Origin: a virus
Strand: one strand, 5' to 3'
Length of the DNA stretch: 64,000 nucleotides
Virus record (IMG/VR): IMGVR_UViG_3300022074_000006
Coordinates: 1-64,000 of that record
Made by a program: the position numbers and the translations under genes. The notes under the pieces were generated by a model. The model did not search any database. It was not told where the DNA came from and was given only the letters and a program-made list of their open reading frames with translations. Positions 39,201 through 47,214 of this stretch are shown here, one piece after another. Numbering within the stretch: position 1 is the stretch's first letter; each line of letters begins with the position of its first letter.

Positions 39201-40278
39201 TGACAAAAATATTACAAACTTGTGGAGCAGATGGGTCAACGAAAGAGGGGTAATGGCAAAAACAACAGACCCTCTAAATCCAGAAACTTTTAGAGTGGAT
39301 TCTGCGACTTTTAGCACTTCCCTTGGTAATTTTGTCACCCATCCGAATGATTTCAAAGAGGCTACCCCGATCGCAAGAGTTCAGGTCCCGGACATGAATA
39401 GATTTGGGGCTCAAGTATTTGTTAGCCGAACCACACGAGCCGGCGACAATATCGCTACCTCAGCACATCCGTGTCACTATACAGGATCTCTTACAGGTTT
39501 TGGTCGAAGGACCGGAGACGAAAAAGGCAACCAGGCACCGCCATGGGGAGTAGTGCAGTCAGAAAAGCTTACATCAGGATCTCAGTTGTCAGTCATCGGA
39601 GGGACCTCTATACTCCATGACCCAGTAACAGCAATTTTCTCTCCACTTCTAAACGAGAACGTCGCAAAAGATACACTGAAAGCTCTTTATGGTTTCGAGA
39701 CTTCTTTTTATTCCAGAGCGGGAAATCAGACTGATGAAAAGCACGATCCTTCGAATGGAATGGTTCAGACCGGCATCGGGGTAGTTCCCTTCACTCTGAA
39801 GACTACCACCGTATTGACACCGCAGTCATCCGATGTTGATGTGCACGGAGCTAGACCGGTTAAAGCACCGGTAGTTGTCAGGGGAATGAGATATGGCTTA
39901 GACAACTTTTTACCCACATCTAATACAGTGAAAGTTAGATTTAATAGATTTGGTCAGTTTAGAGATCTCTTAGAGCAAAGGTTGTTTACATCAGAAACCA
40001 AACCAGAGGATTCAACTATATCAAACGACAGGCCTGTTGAAGTAGTATACATGTCTAGACCTTCCTATGACGAACTAGGGAACATTAGGGCAGTGAGAAA
40101 AAGAGCTATTCCAGCAACTGAAACAAATAGCCAGAACCTATCTAATTACGCAACTTCTAGTTTTCCTTACTTTGACGAATGGGACGAAGCAGTTCCGACA
40201 CAGTATAGGTTTGGGAGAGATAGATCATCATCGTTACCGGATGATAGCTCTGTTACGGTTGTAACTGAGGTGTCATAG
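33205..40278 (+). CDS. Giant (2357 aa) multidomain tail/baseplate protein with jelly-roll domains and degenerate insertion modules
   Basis: Long open frame within the structural operon. N-terminal LELQHSVDGDTW..IRVNQ..DHYAV domain. Modules at about 34492-35382. Confidence 0.7.
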   Translation: MPRIERKSITQNFDISTIDPFENTGSASSGAVVVQKSVELIDQPNKEPGTVNFGSAAEVGTMQNIEPGTKVILLGRQSAEAGNAASHQDRFFYLNKKYSGNPKITVSITAICGDNTTDPAVIRQGGSVLELSTPENASGDILELQHSVDGDTWTTFRNVRPHDAGNGVRDLTFSEFRTVTTTFTPPDGQSVYIRVNQKNYHGNTHDHYAVKSLVVDESGGNRSTYGGGNRMASGFTTLNPKIVQIIHDNSESDSYVAQNLSIKNRRNISKSIRNSSFDDQKELRPPNTTRKEVISISVKSARGLIDRCKIFIRGADGIEMKSYAFVSSDRDDIESFEGGLTAADTKINILTELRKIPFKLRKKRASIARAIASSLAQAIEADKSLKIKARSSDNKVYLEDHYVESAVPHPVRYISGISPPRAIQHPAKAIRYARGTHTNLANTEEGKTITIVDAQGLKRVYALVNSSQTSMTTGTVINTGDDIGSGTASSGLKGAIAVAVNISSTLSSTTLKELKVAINHKNGHGRRISVSDVYETITYGYMQIRSAVPPLREGQGIQVSENTASFTLVDTIRDETSMGPPTASITFSSLPAVNSYIEIRPRDNVLKRYVSCRSDGDVNTGDTLKSGDIVDGPGTAVGAAGIGGVAVVANDRSNFEEQFVKAINSKNGQRGKVKIRKVVPLAGANEYVLTDKTSSKYSFDTWGTQSVTSTAGGAATVSTWKGASGGKIVEAIQGDEKSVSSIKVEIVSYGGPTPDIIAGINYTNIDVAKEAGVNDHKAPDIQFRSPVLHGSGPNKNIFNPTTGSFNPFKEVGLYESFDGETGPGVNLEHTYVARQNEASLTSALGKGFEGSLSSKECIEIELDGSGATTATIYRSGNGAGDNLRPSMAYLSKTGVWTPLTHDPPCDTRFPGAQSSQFPNPLAAISALYHQISERAMIGFSQNYSMLISRLENSTYIERSSLGMSEETFESEKERFAFVEGAPSSCINTFGFPSHPKFSRDDSLKFDMSDYIDDDFLVENIVVDCQLAMSGGTVTKTNLNYLGDFAELMPEGLTFFMLCERKGKITDQASEIAFQMEIDEDLNGDVNNVSRITNASSFSIPAWYPYGKSLAWPASFDPGSSEFIPNSTIYNGESAATINAGVAASRGWSFYDVMGNSGVWDTPIVSGDRWLQCRWQYISTSNIDKINPVSQIDSLYTANSHKPHINIPLSEGYSENSYLTTDYGYRLRFQAYVAFEDANGDSIPDILQDIGDFGPGGAAAFQRGYWRRFNRVNVFATYLDSVKSGKSDGIRNLVASVDIEDHFSGSPIPLIYDVPIRTEFASNSANARKFNLMIEVITSNAVMEPSSSDINESIYISNLEISRTEKSQYVDTIRDIVGWGNIATFPEDYNEIQKNLSSKSIDIRERFSTVIDSDIPVTGRYVTRFPALAPVPGDVGTISAYSSVGASPYDLIVTNWDSLGRSGIAGMPSNRSVVRSLPGNKPAYTTRQFRTKYRVPIARHNSQVSPYLLKKSDKIIIGAQAPMSYFISESSTTAGATDLLQGKVRVKIYGSRVLNERLTHNNQKDSLNTDSVHQVIGDIPVRDQIEAYSRSDLSDTYMDKIMFGDPSLTKFARGAELVDIGIGKSYNVSNIYANTIMFKAYMDGIIAERYVPVKSKPIGTKNRDGFGKYGDFLPMCATIVVEKGTDWNAASQANSWTGKWIQVTDHRYQKVRRFIFQTTGTTGTTFVSSGGFTYVRVVTSAAANIRSKIQELRKAILQPLAFGQAGADANAILDNALKPESPLAVHDNFFALALLDLTDSNSDLIPDSGHYVAALQIFPRIFSRAEADLYDKSMGPHGEGTNSLIEISLAGGGWTDEMSVRLLPAFGQLSSTHHVARPVQGLSTPWNMLRKDRVFNRGVVTKPSEGTSGITGSLQHFATLVDSEVVKYDSLVPPVYEFLKNFDVKVPVSGDSGVGGFISGSFLPIFQRCQVINTSGSACTGRGAFPHSTPYVQAPGIIGFDKNITNLWSRWVNERGVMAKTTDPLNPETFRVDSATFSTSLGNFVTHPNDFKEATPIARVQVPDMNRFGAQVFVSRTTRAGDNIATSAHPCHYTGSLTGFGRRTGDEKGNQAPPWGVVQSEKLTSGSQLSVIGGTSILHDPVTAIFSPLLNENVAKDTLKALYGFETSFYSRAGNQTDEKHDPSNGMVQTGIGVVPFTLKTTTVLTPQSSDVDVHGARPVKAPVVVRGMRYGLDNFLPTSNTVKVRFNRFGQFRDLLEQRLFTSETKPEDSTISNDRPVEVVYMSRPSYDELGNIRAVRKRAIPATETNSQNLSNYATSSFPYFDEWDEAVPTQYRFGRDRSSSLPDDSSVTVVTEVS
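34492..35382 (+). repeat. Two degenerate tandem copies of the insertion module
   Basis: KTITIVDAQGLKRVY..KVAINHKNGHG and YIEIRPRDNVLKRY..KAINSKNGQRG..GASGG. Confidence 0.6.
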
Positions 40279-43200
40279 TGAGCAACACTTACAGCAAAGC
40301 AGAGATCGACAGAGCTGAAAAGCTTGTCAATCGAAACGCAACTAATTCTAATGTCACAAGCGTGACTTTTCCTCATAAGTTTCAAGTTGGGTTAGACGAC
40401 GAAAACTTTAGATCAGAGCTTGTAGCAAAAGGGAACATTAGGCTTTCGGAATTATCCAATCCTCCCACTAGACCGACCGACGGTCAAGGAGGCGTCTTAT
40501 ATGTCAAAAATGATGGTAAGCTTTACTATGCTTCCCATGAACAAGCAGAAAAGAATCTACTTTCAGGAGGTGATCTGTCTTCCATAACGAGTGGGGGAGT
40601 TACATTTGATGGTACTTCTCTGCACGTGACTACGACAGGTGATAGAGTGAGCTTAGCATCTGCAGGTGGAGCGCTAATCTTAGGCAATAAGGCGGGGCAG
40701 CACTTATCTTTTGACGAAAATGAAATTGCATCCAAGTCAGACGCGACCACAGCAGGCACCCTATATTTGCAGGGAGATGGAGGAAAAGTTTCGATTGGGA
40801 GTCTTACAGAAGCGGACTTAGGGATTGGTACGGAAACCCCGTCTTACAGATTCCACTTGATGTCAGACACAGCTTCAGCAGCAGAGATTGGGGTTACTCA
40901 AATAAACAATGACACAGCTACCGATGGTGCAAACGTTCGAATGCTAAGAGCTAGAGGGACAAAAGCTTCACCAGCTATAGTTCAAGATGGAGATGCCCTC
41001 GGAGTAATCACTTTTCATGGATACGATGGTACAGACTACGCTACTAACGCAGCACAGATATGGGCTCAAGCGGACGGCACCCCGGCTGAAAACGACATGC
41101 CAGGAAGAATTCTCCTTAGAACCACTCCTGCTGGTTCTGCGTCTCCGGTAACTAGGGTGACTATAAAGTCCGACGGGAATACCGGTATAGGAACTACGAC
41201 TCCTGATGAAAAACTGGACGTTGCCGGAAGAATTGCAATATCTTCTGAATCATCAACACCAACAGTCTCTGCCGGCGTAGGAGTTCTCTACACTAAGTCA
41301 GGAGGAAGCCTGTATTTTAAGTCAGGCGACGTTGGAGAAACTGATCTTTTAGCATCGGCGGGATCAACTGCTAACCTCATACAAACAGCAGCTTCAAGCA
41401 CAGCCGCTAACCACTATGTTCCATTTTTTGCAAATCAGACTGGAGCTCAAGCTATAAAGACTGATGGCGGGCTTCTCTATAATCCGTCGACTAATCTATT
41501 TACTGTCTTTACAACAGGAAATGCTTCAGAGTTCACACCTTTGAGGCTGTACAACAAGAATTCAAATACAAATGCATCAGTCTCAGCAAGGTTTGATCTT
41601 GTCGACACATCGAACAACTCAGTAGACTCTGGAAAAATAAAGGTTTCGAAAGAGCAATCTTTTACATCTACATCTAGTACCCAAGACTCTTCGATGTCAT
41701 TTTTCACATCTCTAAACGGGACTTTAACAGAACAAATGATCTTAAAGTCAGATGGAAAGCTTGGGCTTGGGACAAGTGTACCTGCAGCAAATCTTCACAT
41801 ATCAGACACGGCCGGCGGAAATCTCATTCGTCTAGACACATCAAATAATGTGTCAAATGATCCACAATTCTACATGACAGGCCAGTCTGGTGACACTACC
41901 GAAGGTTTCGCTCTAAACTACGACAACAATACGGGAGACATAAGGTACGATGTTTTCTTTACCAGCGGAAACCATATCTGGCGTCTTAAGCAAGATACTG
42001 ACGCAAGTGTTGGTATCGAAGGAATGCGATTGACGCACGATGGTAAGCTAGGAATTGGAAACACCAATCCGGGATACGAGCTAGATGTTACGGGAGATAT
42101 CAATAGTTCAGGTGCAGTAAGGTCAAACAACTATCTCTTGGCAACAAAAACAGGAGGAGACCCAGCTCAGATAATTCTCCGTAACAATACAAATGAACAC
42201 ACAAGCGGAGGAGCTGAGTCTGAGATACTTTTCAAGGATCACGGTAATAACAACCTTGTCAAAGTAGAAGGATCACACGACGGATCTTCTGATGACACAA
42301 AAGGTAATTTTAGTGTCTATGTCAACAATGGATCGTCCGAGACCTTAAGAATGTCTATAAATTCCGGAGGATCTTCGAACTTTTATGGGCCAGTGGTTAC
42401 AAATAGTTCCATTTCCGCAACCGGAATGATAGCAGCATTAGGTGGAATAAGTGCACAAGGAAACATACTATTATCCGGACAAAATAAGATTGCTTTCAAT
42501 ACTGATCCCACAAATACTTACATTGCCGCCGGAAGTGGAGCAACAGAAGATTTAGAGATTCACGCTGATGACGATATAAAGTTCAAGCCTGATGATGACA
42601 TTCACATCTATAAAGGAGACGTTCTTTACTCAACTTTTGACGGCAGCGACTACAGACTCAGGATGATTAGAAGTACAAATTCAATTGTATATCCCTTACA
42701 GGTGATAAACAACGACAGTACTTCAGGAACTTCAGCGGGAATAGGGATGCAGTTCCAGCTAGAAAACACTTCAGGAATTGAGTCGACTGCTGCATCAATC
42801 TATACAAAAAAATCTAGCAACTGGAGTACAGCAGCACTTACCGACGCGGCTTTGTATTTTAATGTTTCTCAAAATGGCGCTTTGTCAAACAAGCTGACCA
42901 TTGGAAACACAATCTCATCATTTACTACTAATTTGACTTCCAATGGCCTTATTACAGCTGAATCTGGTATTCTTTCAAACGGTAACATTACCCTTTCTAG
43001 TCAAAACAAGGCTGTTTTTGGCACCACAGACACATACATTGCTGCAAACGCAGAGAATCCAGAAGATTTAGAGATACATGCAGATCAAGATATGCATCTC
43101 AAACCTGACAACGATATTCTTGTCTACTATGGTGGAACACAATACGGAACGTTTGATGGATCCCAGTATAGACTTCGTCTGTTTAGAGAAACAAATGCAA

Positions 43201-45911
43201 ATGTTTACCCACTTCAACTAGTCAACAAAGAAGATGCTGGAACTGATTCGGGCGTAGGAATGGAGTTTCAGCTAGAAAACACTTCTGGAACTGAGACTAC
43301 CGCAGCAAGGATCACAGTGGACAAAGCTTCCAGCTGGAATTCTGCTGTCAACACTGATGCAAGAATGGTATTTGATGTTGTTTCAGACGGTACTTTGTCA
43401 ACGATTTTAACACTTCGGGATGGAGCCTCAGTCTTTAATACACCTCTAACTGTTTCGCCTGGAATTATCACAGCTGGAGGAGGAATCACTTCCGCGGGAG
43501 ACATATTGTTGACCGGTCAAAAGAAGATTGCATTTGGTTCTGACTTGGTCAATACATACATTGCTGCAGACGCCAACAACCCGGAAAACTTAGAAATTCA
43601 CGCTGACGCCAACATAGAACTAAGGCCCGATGGATCGATATATCATCTTGCTGCTAGTAATTATTTTTCTGAGTACTTGCGTCATAATGGAGATACAGAT
43701 ACGTACATGAGGTTTACAACTGACAAAATAGACCTTTATGCGGGAAATGTCTCTATGATCACTATGACGGAAGACGATTCGCAAGATAAAGTCCAGGTCA
43801 ATGTGGGTCAGGCTGATGTTGACTTTGAGGTTTACTATGACTCCGGAATTGCGTCGAGGATATATGGTTCAGACGGTTCCATTTACTTTTATCGTCCCGT
43901 AACCATGTTTGGCCAAACACAATTAAAATTCAGCTCTTCGGATTCATACATTGCTGCAAACTCAGAGAATCCAGAAGATCTGGAGATACACGCAGATCAG
44001 GATCTTCACTTAAAACCAGACAACGATGTCACTATCTACTACGGTGGAACACAATACGGAACGTTTGATGGATCACAGTATAGGCTGCGCCTTTTTAGAG
44101 AAACAAATGCAAATGTTTACCCACTTCAACTAGTCAACAAAGAAGACACTGGAACTTCAGCAGGAATAGGAATGGAGTTTCAGCTAGAAAACACTTCTGG
44201 AACTGAGACTACCGCAGCAAGGATCACAGTGGACAAAACTTCCGCCTGGAATTCTAATGCTAACACTGACGCAAGAATGGTATTTGATGTTGTGTCAGAC
44301 GGCACTTTAACAACACTCTTGACAGTTCAGAATGGAGCTTCAGTCTTCAATACACCCCTGACTATGCCGACTGGGCTTATCACAGCTGGAGGAGGAATCA
44401 CTTCACTTGGGAATATAACAGTATCAGGTCAAAATAAAATCACATTTGACAGCGCAGACACATACATTGCTGCAAACACTGATAATCCTGAAGATCTTGA
44501 GATCGCTGCAGATCAGAACATCAATATGATTCCTGACAATGACGTTGATATCTACTATGGAGCTTCAAGATACGCTAATTTTGATGGTAACAACTACAGG
44601 CTAAGGATGTTAAGGGAAACAAACGCAGTCGTATGCCCTCTTCAGCTGGTCAACAAAGAAGATACTGGAACTTCAGCAGGAATAGGAATGCAGTTCCAGC
44701 TAGAGAACACTTCTGGGACAGAAAAAACAGCGGGGCAAATAGAGGTAATAAAGGCTTCTGGGTGGAACAGCGGTCCTAACACTGATGGTGAAATGATTTT
44801 CAAAGTAGTCCAGAACGACTCTCTAGGCGAAGTTTTCAGGATCAACTCTTCTCAATTGCTTGCTACGAAAGGCATAGCCAGTAACGATTACCTTAGAGCA
44901 TCTTCAGATGTTTATGTTGGTGGAAACATATATCACTACGGTGACACTAACACCAAGTTAACCTTCGGAGATGATTCGATTACTATCTCGGCGGGAGGCG
45001 TACCTTTCATTAACATAGTAGAAGGGGGAACAGACTCTTTAGTCATAAATCAAGACGGCGGCGACATAGACCTTAGAGTGGAAAGCGACACACTTCAGTA
45101 CGGATTTTATTTGAGAGGAAGTGATGGAAGAATAGGTATAGGAGAAAGCGGCCCGGAAGGCAAGCTGCACATAAAGCAGGTAGCGAACGGTGCTGCTAAT
45201 AACTACGCAGGTGACGCTCTAGTAATAGAAAACGTAAATGGAGCAAGCAAGTGGTACATAGGAATAGATAGCGATGATGAGTTGGTATTTGCTCACAATA
45301 ACAGAAACCCCAGTGAAAACGCAGGCGGCTATCTTTTGGGAAGCGGAAACGGGTCATTTGTTGGAACCATTGACTTTACCGGTCAGCACAGATCTGTTCC
45401 TGCGTCAGGATCGATCTCCGAGTATGAAAATAGAATCGGTATGATAGTAGTGTCTACAGGAGAATATCTAAACCACGAAGGAGAATCTAACACTATTGAC
45501 ACGGCGCTTCCTAAAATAGAACTGAGCTCTTCACCGAATCAAAAGACAGTCTATGGTGTTGTGTCTGCAATTACAGACCCAGAAAAAGAACACCAAACTT
45601 ACTTGCAAGGAGTGTTTGGCACAGTTCTCCCGAAGAAAGAAGATAGGGTCATCATAAATTCTCTGGGCGAAGGGTCAATTTGGGTTTCTAACTTGAACGG
45701 AAATTTAGAGAACGGAGACTACATAACGACGTCAGAAGTCTCGGGCTATGGAATGAAACAAGACGATGACCTTCTACACAACTTCACAGTTGCTAAAATA
45801 ACTCAGGATTGTAATTTTGATATGGAAGGTGAATACCCTTGTGAGGAATTTGAGCATGAAGGAGTCACTTATAGGAAGGCGTTTGTGGGATGCACATATC
45901 ATTGTGGCTGA
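40278..45911 (+). CDS. Long tail fibre with internal repeats and C-terminal chaperone-like domain
   Basis: GIGTETP, GIGTTTP, GLGTSVP, GIGNTNP and GIGESGP fibre motifs. 172-aa repeats. C-terminus FTGQH...VGCTYHCG. GTG start overlaps the upstream TAG. Confidence 0.82.
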   Translation: MSNTYSKAEIDRAEKLVNRNATNSNVTSVTFPHKFQVGLDDENFRSELVAKGNIRLSELSNPPTRPTDGQGGVLYVKNDGKLYYASHEQAEKNLLSGGDLSSITSGGVTFDGTSLHVTTTGDRVSLASAGGALILGNKAGQHLSFDENEIASKSDATTAGTLYLQGDGGKVSIGSLTEADLGIGTETPSYRFHLMSDTASAAEIGVTQINNDTATDGANVRMLRARGTKASPAIVQDGDALGVITFHGYDGTDYATNAAQIWAQADGTPAENDMPGRILLRTTPAGSASPVTRVTIKSDGNTGIGTTTPDEKLDVAGRIAISSESSTPTVSAGVGVLYTKSGGSLYFKSGDVGETDLLASAGSTANLIQTAASSTAANHYVPFFANQTGAQAIKTDGGLLYNPSTNLFTVFTTGNASEFTPLRLYNKNSNTNASVSARFDLVDTSNNSVDSGKIKVSKEQSFTSTSSTQDSSMSFFTSLNGTLTEQMILKSDGKLGLGTSVPAANLHISDTAGGNLIRLDTSNNVSNDPQFYMTGQSGDTTEGFALNYDNNTGDIRYDVFFTSGNHIWRLKQDTDASVGIEGMRLTHDGKLGIGNTNPGYELDVTGDINSSGAVRSNNYLLATKTGGDPAQIILRNNTNEHTSGGAESEILFKDHGNNNLVKVEGSHDGSSDDTKGNFSVYVNNGSSETLRMSINSGGSSNFYGPVVTNSSISATGMIAALGGISAQGNILLSGQNKIAFNTDPTNTYIAAGSGATEDLEIHADDDIKFKPDDDIHIYKGDVLYSTFDGSDYRLRMIRSTNSIVYPLQVINNDSTSGTSAGIGMQFQLENTSGIESTAASIYTKKSSNWSTAALTDAALYFNVSQNGALSNKLTIGNTISSFTTNLTSNGLITAESGILSNGNITLSSQNKAVFGTTDTYIAANAENPEDLEIHADQDMHLKPDNDILVYYGGTQYGTFDGSQYRLRLFRETNANVYPLQLVNKEDAGTDSGVGMEFQLENTSGTETTAARITVDKASSWNSAVNTDARMVFDVVSDGTLSTILTLRDGASVFNTPLTVSPGIITAGGGITSAGDILLTGQKKIAFGSDLVNTYIAADANNPENLEIHADANIELRPDGSIYHLAASNYFSEYLRHNGDTDTYMRFTTDKIDLYAGNVSMITMTEDDSQDKVQVNVGQADVDFEVYYDSGIASRIYGSDGSIYFYRPVTMFGQTQLKFSSSDSYIAANSENPEDLEIHADQDLHLKPDNDVTIYYGGTQYGTFDGSQYRLRLFRETNANVYPLQLVNKEDTGTSAGIGMEFQLENTSGTETTAARITVDKTSAWNSNANTDARMVFDVVSDGTLTTLLTVQNGASVFNTPLTMPTGLITAGGGITSLGNITVSGQNKITFDSADTYIAANTDNPEDLEIAADQNINMIPDNDVDIYYGASRYANFDGNNYRLRMLRETNAVVCPLQLVNKEDTGTSAGIGMQFQLENTSGTEKTAGQIEVIKASGWNSGPNTDGEMIFKVVQNDSLGEVFRINSSQLLATKGIASNDYLRASSDVYVGGNIYHYGDTNTKLTFGDDSITISAGGVPFINIVEGGTDSLVINQDGGDIDLRVESDTLQYGFYLRGSDGRIGIGESGPEGKLHIKQVANGAANNYAGDALVIENVNGASKWYIGIDSDDELVFAHNNRNPSENAGGYLLGSGNGSFVGTIDFTGQHRSVPASGSISEYENRIGMIVVSTGEYLNHEGESNTIDTALPKIELSSSPNQKTVYGVVSAITDPEKEHQTYLQGVFGTVLPKKEDRVIINSLGEGSIWVSNLNGNLENGDYITTSEVSGYGMKQDDDLLHNFTVAKITQDCNFDMEGEYPCEEFEHEGVTYRKAFVGCTYHCG
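42447..45140 (+). repeat. Four copies of a 516-522-bp intragenic repeat plus two copies of a second, shorter motif
   Basis: Unit starts at 42447, 42969, 43485 and 44397. Copies 2 and 3 share long exact DNA blocks at an offset of 912 nt. Confidence 0.9.
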
Positions 45912-47087
45912 CTAGTCGATGTAGTCGAAATATCCTCTAATAGTATAACCATTTTGAAAAGCCCATACGTCTAAGATTTCAAGATCACTCATAGGAATAC
46001 CCATTCCTCCCATTTCCATTACATTTTCGTTACCTTTTCCTGCAATAAGAATGGTGGCATTAGTAAACTCAGAAAGGGAAGTAGTGATTGCTTCTCTTCT
46101 GTCAAGCTTTATTGAAACTCTGTCTATCTTTTCAATACCAGTCAGTATGTCTTTTATAATTTCTCTAGGGTTTTCTTCTCTTGGGTTGTCGTTTGTGAGT
46201 ACAACGTAGCTGCTTAGCCTTGACGCCACTTCTCCCATTAGAGGTCTTTTTTCTTTTGACTTGTTTCCGCCGCACCCAAATATTGTTACTATTTTTCTAA
46301 TCCCTTTGTTTTCATTTAGGAAATTAAGCTGATTCTCTAAGCTTGTGTGCGTGTGAGCGTAGTCTATCACTACTAGAGAGTCTGTCTCAACTATGTGATA
46401 AACATTAGATCTACCTTTGACACCCGGAAAAGACTTGATAGACGCTATGATGTCTTCACATGCGATGCCGTACATTTGACAGCATAGAAAAGCAGCAGCG
46501 CAGTTTTGAGCATTGAATTCTCCGTACTGAACAGTTGAGATAGTGTGTGTGTCACCATTCAAGTCTTTGAGATCAAAAGTCATAAGACCCGAAGTGTGCA
46601 CAAGATTAGATAGAATGACATTAGAGCCTTCTGAGAAACCATATGAGACAACTTTGTCCTCATGTCCAATAATAATGTCATCAAAAAATTCCGTGTCCTT
46701 AGAGACAAAAACTCTGCCTCCTGGAGCAGTGAAATGAAAGATATTTCTTTTCGCTTCTAGATATTCACCCGAAGTTTCATAGAGTTCGGAATGCTCTGTT
46801 TCTTCAAAACCTGTAAAGACACCAATATCTATCGGATTGTCTCTGTAACAGTCTAAAGTTAGGACGAAAGAAGTAGCTTCTGATATGATGACGTCTGACT
46901 CATTTTTTGCTGGGTGGTCAAAGTAAAGCTCAGCACTTCTAGAAGGGTTGTCAGGAAATCCATCAACATAAGGACCGTCTATTCCATATTCTCCAAAAAC
47001 TGACTTTCCGTTAGACATGAGAACATGCTGAACGATTCTAGTGACTGTCGTTTTTCCTTTTGTGCCTGTTATTGCTATATGATTCAT
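45912..47087 (-). CDS. murE: Mur ligase, MurE-like, lacking the N-terminal domain
   Basis: ITGTKGKTT P-loop, YLEAK, GEFNAQN, KGR, VIDYAHT, FGCGGN..KRPLMG, TNDNPR, LIAGKGNE. Confidence 0.85.
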   Translation of the reverse strand: MNHIAITGTKGKTTVTRIVQHVLMSNGKSVFGEYGIDGPYVDGFPDNPSRSAELYFDHPAKNESDVIISEATSFVLTLDCYRDNPIDIGVFTGFEETEHSELYETSGEYLEAKRNIFHFTAPGGRVFVSKDTEFFDDIIIGHEDKVVSYGFSEGSNVILSNLVHTSGLMTFDLKDLNGDTHTISTVQYGEFNAQNCAAAFLCCQMYGIACEDIIASIKSFPGVKGRSNVYHIVETDSLVVIDYAHTHTSLENQLNFLNENKGIRKIVTIFGCGGNKSKEKRPLMGEVASRLSSYVVLTNDNPREENPREIIKDILTGIEKIDRVSIKLDRREAITTSLSEFTNATILIAGKGNENVMEMGGMGIPMSDLEILDVWAFQNGYTIRGYFDYID

Positions 47088-47108
47088 TTTTAACTCCGAG
47101 TAAGAAAA

Positions 47109-47117
47109 AGTATACCA
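47109..47117 (-). promoter_or_regulatory. Extended -10 promoter (TGGTATACT) for the murE-like gene
   Basis: Reverse complement of 47109-47117 is TGnTATACT. GGAG at 47094-97 (minus strand) lies 6 nt before the ATG. Confidence 0.55.
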
Positions 47118-47134
47118 TTGAACGGGCTACTGTT

Positions 47135-47166
47135 TAAGGAGGTCGACTGTGGGATCACTAGATTAA
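47135..47166 (+). other. Full Shine-Dalgarno sequence (TAAGGAGGT) followed by a 5-codon minigene GTG GGA TCA CTA GAT TAA
   Basis: SD at 47135-47143, 5-nt spacer, GTG at 47149, TAA at 47164-66. Confidence 0.4.
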
Positions 47167-47214
47167 CTGTAGACTCACTGTGTTGAATACTTATACTTCT
47201 GAGGAGTATGCAAA

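Noticed and set aside
42447-45140. Diversity-generating retroelement (TR/VR pair) in the tail fibre
   Set aside because: Differences between copies are mostly synonymous and not adenine-specific, all copies are in-frame within the same gene, and no reverse transcriptase is in the window.
47088-47214. tRNA or structured ncRNA in the larger intergenic gaps (also 1-193, 20976-21042, 58130-58202)
   Set aside because: No cloverleaf, T-loop motif or convincing GC-rich terminator hairpin with a U-tract was seen by eye. A covariance-model scan was not run.
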